Shown here: positions 24,420-32,166 of the stretch, one piece after another
How the letters are laid out: every line of letters starts with the position of its first letter
Position numbering within the stretch: the first letter of the stretch is position 1
Assembly (NCBI GenBank): GCA_050698295.1
Contig: JBOHBL010000057.1
Coordinates: 1-33,419 of the forward strand
From: Rubrobacteraceae bacterium
Lineage (GTDB): Bacteria > Actinomycetota > Rubrobacteria > Rubrobacterales > Rubrobacteraceae
Length of the DNA: 33,419 nt
Direction of reading: 5' to 3'
Translations under genes and position numbers: made by a program
Notes under the pieces: generated by a model
Told to the model about the DNA's origin: nothing
Seen by the model: the letters and a program-made list of their open reading frames with translations, nothing else
Databases searched by the model: none

Positions 24420-25856
24420 TCACACCTCCTCCGGGACGCGCCGCGGCTCGCTCCCGGTCAGACGACGCTCCCAGGCCGCCATGCGTTCCTCGGAGGGCTT
24501 CGGTGTGATGAGGCTCGCCACGACGAAGACCACGAGGCTCGTGAGCATCCCGACGTAGATCGGGGAGTTCGCCAGAAGCCCGTACATGACCATGAGCGCG
24601 ACGACCACGACACTACTCACCACCATCGACGCCAGAGCCCCGGTCGCGGTCGCTCGCCTCCAGAAAAGAGCGCCCACTATCGGGACGAACAGCGCGCCGG
24701 TGAGGAGGTTGTAAGCGACCGTCAAAGCCCCGACCACGTCGCTCACCGCGAGCGAAACCACGAGCACCCCCACCCCCACGAGCAGCGTGCAAACACGGCT
24801 CACCATGACCTTGTTATGTTCGTCTCTCGCGAGGAACCCCTCGTACACGTCGTTGGCGAGGATGGTGGAGGAGGCGAGAAGGCCGGCGCTCGCGGTGGAC
24901 ATCACCGCCGCGAGGGCCGCCGAGAGGACCAGGCCGGTGAGTCCCACGGGGAGGAACTCGATGGCTACTCTGGCGAAGGCGTTGTCGGCGGTCTGGAGGT
25001 TCGGGAGGAGGACCCTCGCGGCAGAGCCGATGAGAGCGCCCGCCAGAGCGTAGACGAGGCAGTACACTCCGGCCACGATGCTCCCCCACCGGGCTATAGA
25101 CGGGCTTCGGGCCGTGAAGACGCGCTGCCAGATGTCCTGCCCGATCATCAGCCCGAAGAAGAAAAGCAGGAAGTAGGTGAAGATCGTCGCTCCGCCGATG
25201 GCCGTGAGGTCGAAGTACGACGCGGGCAACTCCGCTGCCATGCCGGAGAACCCTCCCGCACGGAGGATCGTCACGGGCAGCAACACAAAGAAGATGCCCA
25301 CCGTCATCACGCAGAACTGCAAAATATCCGTCAGGGTGATCGACCACATGCCCCCGGCGACCGAGTACGCGACGACGATGCCCCCGGCCACGAGGATCGC
25401 CAGGGTGGGCGGGATGTCCAGCGCGACCCCGAACACCGTGTCGATGGCGATGGTGGAGGTCACGGCGATCATCAGCGCGTAAGCGGCTATGACGATGGCG
25501 CTGATCAGGCGCGAAGAGCCGCCGTAGCGGTTCTCGAGCATCTCCGAGACGGTGTACACGCCGAGACGCGAGAGCCGGGTGGACATCAAAACGCCGAGGG
25601 CTATGACGCCAAGCCCGATCATGAAGACCAGCCACATCCCCGAGACGCCGTTCTCATAACCCAAACTCACCCCGCCGATGGTCGAAGCCCCTCCGAGCAC
25701 CACCGCGCTCAAACAGCCTATGTACATGAAAGGCCCAAGTCTCCGCCCGGCCACCAGGTAGTCCTCGGCGTCCCTCGCCCGCCTCAGTCCCCAGTAACCT
25801 GCCCCGATCATCACGGCGAAGTAGACCAGCATTACAAAATAATCCAGCAAACTCAT
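24420..25856 (-). CDS. Sodium:solute symporter (SSS/SSF family)
   Basis: MSLLDYFVMLVYFAVMIGAGYWGLRRARDAEDYLVAGRRLGPF.. is the classical SSF N-terminus. About 13 hydrophobic segments. No SD is present upstream of the ATG; see the IS insertion finding. Confidence 0.85.
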   Translation of the reverse strand: MSLLDYFVMLVYFAVMIGAGYWGLRRARDAEDYLVAGRRLGPFMYIGCLSAVVLGGASTIGGVSLGYENGVSGMWLVFMIGLGVIALGVLMSTRLSRLGVYTVSEMLENRYGGSSRLISAIVIAAYALMIAVTSTIAIDTVFGVALDIPPTLAILVAGGIVVAYSVAGGMWSITLTDILQFCVMTVGIFFVLLPVTILRAGGFSGMAAELPASYFDLTAIGGATIFTYFLLFFFGLMIGQDIWQRVFTARSPSIARWGSIVAGVYCLVYALAGALIGSAARVLLPNLQTADNAFARVAIEFLPVGLTGLVLSAALAAVMSTASAGLLASSTILANDVYEGFLARDEHNKVMVSRVCTLLVGVGVLVVSLAVSDVVGALTVAYNLLTGALFVPIVGALFWRRATATGALASMVVSSVVVVALMVMYGLLANSPIYVGMLTSLVVFVVASLITPKPSEERMAAWERRLTGSEPRRVPEEV

Positions 25857-27070
25857 AAAGAAACCGGGTTGGAGACCGCTCCCAGGCTTCGCCGGTAGCG
25901 GAGGAAAGCCCGGCGCTTCACCACCTCTCCATACTTGACTACTCGTGGCAAGATGCGGGCATGAAACTGACCGTCCAGGTGAAGCTCCTTCCGTCCAAAG
26001 AACAGGCCGACGCGCTCAAGGAGACGCTTCGCCGATCCAACGCCGCGGCCAATGAGATCAGCGCCGTCGCGTGGGAGCATTCCTCGTTCGGCCAGTACAA
26101 GCTCCACAAGCTGGCCTACCACGCGGTAAGGGCTTCGACGGGGCTCACCTCGCGGATGGTGATCCGAGCCATCGCCAAAGTCGCCGACGCCTACAAGCTC
26201 GACAGGAGGCGCAAGCGGGCCTTCAAGGCGCTTGGCGCTATCGCCTACGACGACCGCATCCTCCGCTGGAGGGATGAGGAGGTCTCCATCTGGACCGCCG
26301 AGGGGCGGCAGGCCATCCCGTTCGTTTGCGGCGAGAGGACAGCCGAGCTTCTGGAGTTCAGGCAGGGCGAGTCCGACCTCGCGCATCGGGGCGGCAAGTG
26401 GTTTCTGCTGGCCACGGTCAACGTCGAGGAGCCGCCTCCGGGCACTCCCGAAGACTGGGTCGGGGTCGACTTCGGCGTCGCCAACATCGCCACCGATTCC
26501 GACGGGGAGGCGCGCGCCTCGGAGCGAACCGAGAACTCCCGCGAACGCTACGAGCGCATCCGAAGCAAACTTCAGGCGGCGGGGACGAGCAACGCCAAAC
26601 GCCACCTCAAGAATCTCGCCGGGCGCGAGAGGCGCATGAAGCGCGACGCCAACCACGTCATCTCCAGGCGGCTGGTTTCCAAAGCCGCCGACTCCGACAG
26701 GGGAATCTGTCTCGAAGACCTTCAAGGCATCCGCAAGCGGACAACGGTTAGGAAGGCGCGGCGTTCGAGGCACGGCAAGTGGGCCTTCGGGGAGCTGAGG
26801 GCTTTCGTGGAATACAAGGCCAGGCTCGCCGGAGTGGCTTTCGCGGTGGTCGATCCCCGCCACACGTCGCGAACCTGCAATGAGTGCGGGCATTGCGAGA
26901 AGGCCAACCGCCGGAGTCGGCGCGAGTTCGTGTGCAAAGCCTGCGGGTTTGTTGCGTCCGCGGATGAGAACGCCGCCGTGAACATACGGAGCGGGGCATC
27001 CGTCATGATGCCTATCGCGGCTGGGGCTGGTCCTCAAGCCGCAAGCTGTCTGCTTTAGCTGACGGTTCAT
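25857..27070 (+). mobile_element. TnpB-only IS200/IS605-type (IS1341-like) element, 1,214 bp, flanked by TCAT
   Basis: tcat at 25853-25856 and at 27067-27070. Removing 25857..27070 recreates an SD + ATGA-coupled junction between the two flanking minus-strand genes. The element carries only tnpB and no tnpA. The exact ends could shift by up to 4 bp because of the repeat. Confidence 0.6.
25961..27058 (+). CDS. tnpB: RNA-guided endonuclease TnpB (IS605 OrfB family)
   Basis: MKLTVQVKLLPSKEQADALKETL.. N-terminus. RuvC-I Asp in WVGVDFGV, RuvC-II Glu in ICLEDLQG, zinc finger CNECGH..CKACGF, RuvC-III Asp in SADENAAVNI. All three catalytic positions are present. Confidence 0.9.
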   Translation: MKLTVQVKLLPSKEQADALKETLRRSNAAANEISAVAWEHSSFGQYKLHKLAYHAVRASTGLTSRMVIRAIAKVADAYKLDRRRKRAFKALGAIAYDDRILRWRDEEVSIWTAEGRQAIPFVCGERTAELLEFRQGESDLAHRGGKWFLLATVNVEEPPPGTPEDWVGVDFGVANIATDSDGEARASERTENSRERYERIRSKLQAAGTSNAKRHLKNLAGRERRMKRDANHVISRRLVSKAADSDRGICLEDLQGIRKRTTVRKARRSRHGKWAFGELRAFVEYKARLAGVAFAVVDPRHTSRTCNECGHCEKANRRSRREFVCKACGFVASADENAAVNIRSGASVMMPIAAGAGPQAASCLL

Positions 27071-28023
27071 GACCGATTGTCCTCCTTCTTTCGCCACGCG
27101 ACGAGGCTCAGGAAATCGTGGGCGATGTTCGCCGCGAGCAGGGCCGTGATCTGGGCCGGGTCATAAGCCGGATACACCTCCACCACATCGAACCCGACGA
27201 TGTCGAGCCCGGCGAGACTCCGGACAAATTGCTGCGATTCCCAGCTCGTGAATCCCCCGACCTCCGGCGTCCCGGTACCCGGAGCGAATGCCGGGTCCAC
27301 GAAGTCCACGTCGAAGGAGACGTAGGTTTTGGAATCTCCCACCCTTTCCCGGATCCGCTCGATGACGGCTTCGATGCCGATCTTCCTCACCTCGTCCGTC
27401 GTGACCAGGTCGAAGCCCATGTCTCTGGCATCCTCCCAGTCCCGTTCATCGTAGATGGAACCGCGCATCCCAACCTGAATGGAGTTTTCCGGCTTGAGCA
27501 AACCTTCCTCGACGGCGCGAACGAACGGTGTGCCGTGCGTGTGCTTCTCTCCGAAGTACGAGTCCCACGTATCCGGGTGCGAGTCGAACTGGACGAGTGA
27601 GAGCGGACCGTGCTTTTTGGCGGCGGCGCGAAGCTCCGGCAGGGCGATCGCGTGATCTCCACCCAGGACGATGGGAACGACTCCGGCCTCGTGGATGGGT
27701 TGCAGTCCCTCTTCTATTCTCTCGTAACTCGCCTCGATGTAACCGGGCACAACGGGAACGTCGCCGTAGTCGATGGCGGAGATATGGTCGAAGATAGCCA
27801 CCCCCAGGCCGGAGTTGTGGTGACGTAGCAAATGGGAGGCGCTTCTTATCCCCTCCGGCCCGAAGCGAGCTCCGGCGCGGAAAGTCGCCCCCGTGTCGAA
27901 CGGCGCGCCTACTATGGCGACGTCGGCGTTTTGGAGGTCGTGGTTGTTCGGCAGGCGCATGAAGGTCCGCACGCCCGAGAAGCGCGGGGTCGTGAAAGAG
28001 TCTGCGGGTTCGTACCTGGTCAT
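27067..28023 (-). CDS. Ureohydrolase, agmatinase / guanidinobutyrase family (paralog 1)
   Basis: ..IVGAPFDTGATFRAGARFGP.., LGGDHAIA, QFDSHPDTW, SFDVDFVDPAFAPGTGTPE: the binuclear-Mn arginase-fold motifs are complete. AGGAGG lies before ATG 28023. Substrate cannot be read from the sequence. Confidence 0.85.
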   Translation of the reverse strand: MTRYEPADSFTTPRFSGVRTFMRLPNNHDLQNADVAIVGAPFDTGATFRAGARFGPEGIRSASHLLRHHNSGLGVAIFDHISAIDYGDVPVVPGYIEASYERIEEGLQPIHEAGVVPIVLGGDHAIALPELRAAAKKHGPLSLVQFDSHPDTWDSYFGEKHTHGTPFVRAVEEGLLKPENSIQVGMRGSIYDERDWEDARDMGFDLVTTDEVRKIGIEAVIERIRERVGDSKTYVSFDVDFVDPAFAPGTGTPEVGGFTSWESQQFVRSLAGLDIVGFDVVEVYPAYDPAQITALLAANIAHDFLSLVAWRKKEDNRS

Positions 28024-28125
28024 GTGTCTCCTCCTGTCGGAATCTTAGAGTATCTGGCCTTTTGCCGCGTCGGATGCCGGCCTGGAAGCCTGTGCGCGTC
28101 GCTCTTCGTCGAGCCCGTCGCCCTG

Positions 28126-28197
28126 CCCGCGATGCACGCTCCTCCGCTCATGCGGGCAGGATGCCCGCGCCCCTAGGGGAAAGCCATCTTCTCTCGG
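28126..28197 (+). repeat. REP-like intergenic repeat, copy 2
   Basis: cccgcgatgcacgctcctccgctcatgcgggcaggatgcccgcgcccc..ggaaagccatcttctctcgg. A 9-bp stem cctgcccgc (28122-28130) / gcgggcagg (28152-28160). Same orientation as the copy at 983..1056. Confidence 0.7.
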
Positions 28198-28214
28198 ATC
28201 CAGCTTGGAGATAC

Positions 28215-29255
28215 TCAGCTTTCGACATCTCTATGCGGTGGCGAACACCGAGCGCGTCGATGGGCGGTCCCGGAGAGCGCTTCGACGACTACCCTGTTGC
28301 CGGCCAGAGCCGTGATCCCGGCGTGGTCGTAGGGCGGGGAGACTTCGACCAGGTCCATGGCGCAAAGGTCCAGCGACTTTGCCACTTCGCGGACGGCCCA
28401 CAACAGCTCGCGGGTGGTCATGCCGCCGGGCTCGGGGGTCCCTGTGCCCGGTGCGAAGGCGGGATCCAGCACGTCGATGTCCACGGTCAGGTACGTCCGC
28501 GAGGCGCTCTTTTGGGCGTGTTCGATAGCGTCGGAGACGACGGCCTCGAGGCCGCGATCCAGAATCTCCCCCATAGTGTGCCAGCGGGCGCCGTGCTCCG
28601 TCATCCAGTCGAACTCTTCCTGAAGGTAGGAAAACCCGCCGCGCAATCCCACCTTCACCATGTTGCCCGGCTCTAAGAACCCTCGCTCGGCGGCGCGGGA
28701 AAACGGCGTCCCGTGGTGGTTGGTTCCCGAGTGCGAAGGCTCCACGTCGGCGTGGGTATCGAAGTGCACCACCGAAAACTCTTCGGGACCGAAATGTTCG
28801 GCGAGAGATTGCATCATCGGGGCCGAGACGGAGTGATCCCCTCCGAGGACGAAAGGCACAGCATCCGCGGCGAGGACCTCCGCCACCTTCTCCCGGAGGG
28901 CGTCGTGGGAGGCTTCCAGGTCGTTTGGGTCCGCCGGGGCGTCGCCGTAATCGACGACCTTGAGCGCCCGGAAGGGGTCGAGGTTGGCGAGTTCCGGGTG
29001 CTGGTAGGCGGGCTCTCCCACGTAGTCGGCTTCCCGGATGGCCCGCGGACCGAAACGCGCGCCGGGGCGGTACGTCGTCCCTCCGTCGAAGGGAGCGCCG
29101 ACTATCGCGGCGTCCGCTGTCGCAAGCTCATCGGGGTCGAGTGTCAGCGGGCACCGGAAGAACGTCACGCCGACGCCCGCGAAGGCGAACTCGTTCGGTC
29201 GGAAGGGGCGCATCTGTCCGCCTGCCTCCGTATCCGAACCTTCAATCCCTGTCAT
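28215..29255 (-). CDS. Ureohydrolase, agmatinase family (paralog 2, divergent)
   Basis: ..IVGAPFDGGTTYRPGARFGP.., LGGDHSVS, HFDTHADVE, TVDIDVLDPAFAPGTGTPE. In-frame starts at 29264, 29255 and 29213. I prefer 29255 because AAGGAG lies 9 nt upstream. The gene overlaps the 3' end of the NCS1 permease gene. Confidence 0.8.
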   Translation of the reverse strand: MTGIEGSDTEAGGQMRPFRPNEFAFAGVGVTFFRCPLTLDPDELATADAAIVGAPFDGGTTYRPGARFGPRAIREADYVGEPAYQHPELANLDPFRALKVVDYGDAPADPNDLEASHDALREKVAEVLAADAVPFVLGGDHSVSAPMMQSLAEHFGPEEFSVVHFDTHADVEPSHSGTNHHGTPFSRAAERGFLEPGNMVKVGLRGGFSYLQEEFDWMTEHGARWHTMGEILDRGLEAVVSDAIEHAQKSASRTYLTVDIDVLDPAFAPGTGTPEPGGMTTRELLWAVREVAKSLDLCAMDLVEVSPPYDHAGITALAGNRVVVEALSGTAHRRARCSPPHRDVES

Positions 29256-30690
29256 GTTCGTCATCTCCTTCCTTCACGGGGTCTGTGTATCCTCCCTTGC
29301 CGAGCGGTTGGATTATGAGCTTCGTGAGGAGGACGTGCGTGAGGGTTGCGGCGAGGAAGGCTGGCATCGAGGCGCTGACGAACCGGAAGAGGTTCGCCTG
29401 TTCGAAGCTGATCGGGTTCAGTAAGAGGAGGTACACGGCCGAGCCGACCGCGAGCGCGACCAGGGCCGCCGGGTTGAGGCCCGCCCAGAAGGCGTAACGC
29501 GAGCGGGACTCCGGCTCGTAGAGGCCGCGCGCGTCCAGGCGCCTGTGCCGGAGGAAGAAGAAGTCCACGAAGTAGATCCCGCACAGCGACGCCAGGGCGA
29601 CGCTCTGCCAGGCGAGGAACTTGAAGAAGTTATCGTAAACGGCAGCGGGGAAAAGCACCCCGACGGCTGCCGGCAGAAGGAGTGCGCCGGCCACCGTGGC
29701 CCACCGCAACCGCCTTGCGGTGTCGCCCAGTCGGAACAAAGCCAGGCACGACGAATAAGTCTGGCCCACCATGCTGGTCACGTTGGCGAAGGCGATGAAC
29801 ACGAGCGCGAGCGCGCCCAAAGCTACGCCGCCGAGTGGGATCATCCACACCGTCGGGTCGCTGTCTCCGAGGACGAGCGCGGCGAGGAGGCCGACGACGG
29901 AAGCCAGAGCAGCCGCCGCGTAAAGACCGAGCATGTTCGGCCAGAACGCCGCGCGCTGAGACTTCGTGAGCCGGGCGAGGTTGCCCATCAGGGGCCACCA
30001 TGAGAACCCGGCGGCGAGGTTCAACTCGATGGCGATCATGAAGTCGAGCGTTCTGTCGCCGAACGGCTCGATAGGCTCGGCGGCGCGGAGTTCGCTCCAC
30101 GAACTGCCCGCGAAGATCAGAACGAGCATCACAAGAGCTATTATCGCAAGCCCGGGAGCCACGATCTTGTTGACCCACTCGATGGAGGCCGGTCCTCTGA
30201 CGACCACGAACCAGGAGATTGCTATGGCGGCGAAGGCGAAAGCGATGACGACGGCGCCGTTCGGTCCTGCATCCGTAGCAAAGGCCGCGTTCGAGACGTT
30301 CGCCGCGGCTCGGCCGAACATGATGGCGAGTACGGCGTTCCATCCCCACGAGAGCAAAGGGACCACTGCAAGGACGATCAGGCGCGTGCCGTTGGAGCCA
30401 AACACGCTCCTGAGAGCCGTGTACTGCTCAAGGCCGTACTTCGCCGACGGGATGCAGGTGGCGAGAGCCATCAGGCTCACGGCTATCACGTTGCCGATGA
30501 GAATGGCGGCGATCCCCGTCTTCGCTCCCACGAAGAGAGCCGTCGAGCCGCCTATCAGGAACGCCCAAGTCGCAATCGCCAGCCCAACGTTGACCGAAGC
30601 GAAGTCCCAGAAACCCCAGATGCGCTCACGCCCGAGCACGGGCAAATCGTTGAAGGCGGCATCGCTTCGCGCCTGCTCCGGGCCGGTCAT
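29242..30690 (-). CDS. NCS1-family permease (cytosine/purine/uracil/allantoin/hydantoin-type)
   Basis: ..RIWGFWDFASVNVGLAIATWAFLIGGSTALFVG.. and a 12-helix hydrophobic profile typical of CodB-like NCS1 transporters. The ATG lies 1 nt after the stop of the 54-aa ORF (TAGGATG). Confidence 0.75.
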   Translation of the reverse strand: MTGPEQARSDAAFNDLPVLGRERIWGFWDFASVNVGLAIATWAFLIGGSTALFVGAKTGIAAILIGNVIAVSLMALATCIPSAKYGLEQYTALRSVFGSNGTRLIVLAVVPLLSWGWNAVLAIMFGRAAANVSNAAFATDAGPNGAVVIAFAFAAIAISWFVVVRGPASIEWVNKIVAPGLAIIALVMLVLIFAGSSWSELRAAEPIEPFGDRTLDFMIAIELNLAAGFSWWPLMGNLARLTKSQRAAFWPNMLGLYAAAALASVVGLLAALVLGDSDPTVWMIPLGGVALGALALVFIAFANVTSMVGQTYSSCLALFRLGDTARRLRWATVAGALLLPAAVGVLFPAAVYDNFFKFLAWQSVALASLCGIYFVDFFFLRHRRLDARGLYEPESRSRYAFWAGLNPAALVALAVGSAVYLLLLNPISFEQANLFRFVSASMPAFLAATLTHVLLTKLIIQPLGKGGYTDPVKEGDDEHDRD

Positions 30691-30691
30691 C

Positions 30692-30856
30692 CTAGTACCC
30701 CCACCAGTACATCACGACGACCGTGACGAGGATGATGGCGGCGAGAAGGACGAGATCCAGCGTCGGAAGGTCTCTCCGAGCGGGGTCGTCGTAATCCGGC
30801 GCCTCTATCCTCCGCAACCGTCGTTCGAGTTCCTCGTCGAACTCTCGGTCTCTCAT
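30692..30856 (-). CDS. 54-aa membrane peptide (charged N-terminus + one C-terminal TM helix), translationally coupled on both sides
   Basis: MRDREFDEELERRLRRIEAPDYDDPARRDLPTLDLVLLAAIILVTVVVMYWWGY. The ATG overlaps the amine-oxidase stop (ATGA), with AAGGAG 6 nt upstream. The stop lies 1 nt before the permease ATG. In the ORF track it is hidden inside the longer shadow ORF 30692..31600. Confidence 0.6.
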   Translation of the reverse strand: MRDREFDEELERRLRRIEAPDYDDPARRDLPTLDLVLLAAIILVTVVVMYWWGY

Positions 30857-32166
30857 GACTTTCTCCTTTCCCGAATGAGGCTTTTTACCTGTCGCGCGGT
30901 GGTCAGCCCGGACTCGATGGCCCCGTCTATGAAGCCGCCCCACAGGTTGCCGAGGTCGCTGCCGGCGAGGAAAACCCGCCCTTCCGGACGTTGCAGCTCG
31001 CGCAGGTAGCGGCTCGTTTGTCCCGGCCTGAGAAAGCCCCAGGTGCCGAGCGAGAACTCGTCGGTGGACCAGTCGTGGGCGCAGGTGTCTATCACCTCCA
31101 CCTCCGGGAGAAACTGCTTTACGGCGGAGGCGACCTGTTCCGGGTCGTTGCCGTCGAATTTTCCGGCGTCCGGGGCGAAAGCCACGAGGAGCTGACCGTC
31201 CGGGAGATCGTACTCCGACTGCACCCAGGTGAAAGGCGCGTCGTCCGGGGCGGTGGCGTAGATTTTCTCCAGCTCTCCTTTGACCCGCACCCAGACCTTC
31301 ACCCCTCGCGACGCCTGCCCCTCGGCGGCGACCGCGCGCTTGCCCTCGGAAAGCTCGGGCGTGAACCGTATTCGGCCAAGCGTGTTGAGAGGCACGGCCA
31401 CGATGGCGACTCTTGCCCTGACCGCCTCGCCTGCTCCGGTGGTCACGAGTACGCCGTCTTCTTTTTGCTCGACGAAGGAGACCGGGGTGGAGAGGCGTAT
31501 CTCCGCTCCCGCGTCTTCGGCGATGGCTGCGATGAGGCTGCGCGTGCCGGTCTTGAGCTTGAAGCGGGCGATGGCGTCCTGGGTGAGCGGGTTGCTCCAC
31601 TTCGCGGGCGAGAACCAGCGCAGAGACGACACGAGCCCGCCGAGCCGGGACGGGCTGTGGCTGTTGGTCGCGAGTTGCCCGGAGAGGATCGCCCGCTCCT
31701 CGGGAGACAGTTCGAGCTTTTCGAGCCGGTCTTCCGCGGAGAGACCGTCTATGGCCTCGATGGCCTCTTTGTCACGCAGCGGGTCGTGGGGGTGCTCCAG
31801 AGCGTCTTCGAATCCGGCGCGGAACTTCTCCACTCCCCGGTTGAGGAGGGTGTCGAACTCGGCCAGTTCGCCCGAATAGCGTTCGCCGTCGGCGAGCCAC
31901 ACGCACCGCTCGGGTGTGGGGCTCTCGGTGACTTCGATGCCGTAGCGTGTGACTTCGGCCCAGACGTGAGGTTGGAGCCAGTGGATCCAACCACCTCCGA
32001 GCTCCACGTCCACGCCGGCGAACTCCGCCGTCCACGTGCGCCCGCCCAGCCGGTCGCGAGCTTCGAGGAGCAAGCAATTCCGGCCCGCGTTGCCGAGCTC
32101 CCGCGCGACCGTGACACCCGCGAACCCGCCCCCGACTATCACCGCGTCGAAGTCGTTGTTACTCAT
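30853..32166 (-). CDS. Flavin-containing amine oxidase (putrescine/monoamine oxidase family)
   Basis: FDAVIVGGGFAGVTVARELGNAGRNCLLLEARDRLGGRTWT.. is the FAD-binding amine-oxidase N-terminus. Near the C-terminus, ..GRVFLAGSD...GFIDGAIESG.. is typical of the family. Confidence 0.85.
   Translation of the reverse strand: MSNNDFDAVIVGGGFAGVTVARELGNAGRNCLLLEARDRLGGRTWTAEFAGVDVELGGGWIHWLQPHVWAEVTRYGIEVTESPTPERCVWLADGERYSGELAEFDTLLNRGVEKFRAGFEDALEHPHDPLRDKEAIEAIDGLSAEDRLEKLELSPEERAILSGQLATNSHSPSRLGGLVSSLRWFSPAKWSNPLTQDAIARFKLKTGTRSLIAAIAEDAGAEIRLSTPVSFVEQKEDGVLVTTGAGEAVRARVAIVAVPLNTLGRIRFTPELSEGKRAVAAEGQASRGVKVWVRVKGELEKIYATAPDDAPFTWVQSEYDLPDGQLLVAFAPDAGKFDGNDPEQVASAVKQFLPEVEVIDTCAHDWSTDEFSLGTWGFLRPGQTSRYLRELQRPEGRVFLAGSDLGNLWGGFIDGAIESGLTTARQVKSLIRERRKS

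Noticed and set aside
20632-25898. Plus-strand ORFs 20632..22764 (710 aa), 23692..24315 and 24414..25898 (494 aa), and minus-strand off-frame ORFs 21158..22390 and 22655..24055
   Set aside because: All overlap well-supported minus-strand genes (GNAT, ALDH, gabD, SSS symporter) and have shadow-frame composition (H/R/D/G/E-rich).
25935-25954. TTGACT / CAAGAT as a tnpB promoter, and the shared gtggcaagat 10-mer with 6343..6352
   Set aside because: The spacer is 8 nt, too short. A single shared 10-mer in 33 kb of biased composition is weak evidence of a common regulatory site.
25961-27058. TnpB as a nuclease-dead, domesticated TldR-like repressor
   Set aside because: RuvC-I Asp (VDFG), RuvC-II Glu (LEDL), RuvC-III Asp (ADENAA) and both CxxC pairs are all present. 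The gene sits in a recognisable insertion with reconstructable ends.
25853-27097. 414-codon ORF on the minus strand covering all of tnpB
   Set aside because: Not a credible protein gene. It is the codon-aligned antisense frame of a gene with unmistakable TnpB motifs. Its product is low-complexity Arg/Gly/Pro/Leu-rich and no domain is recognisable. It is kept only as a possible pass-through frame in a finding.
30692-31600. 302-aa ORF on the minus strand
   Set aside because: Only the last 54 codons (30692..30856) look real: SD, ATGA coupling, TM helix. The upstream part is an Arg/Gly-rich alternate frame inside the amine oxidase gene.
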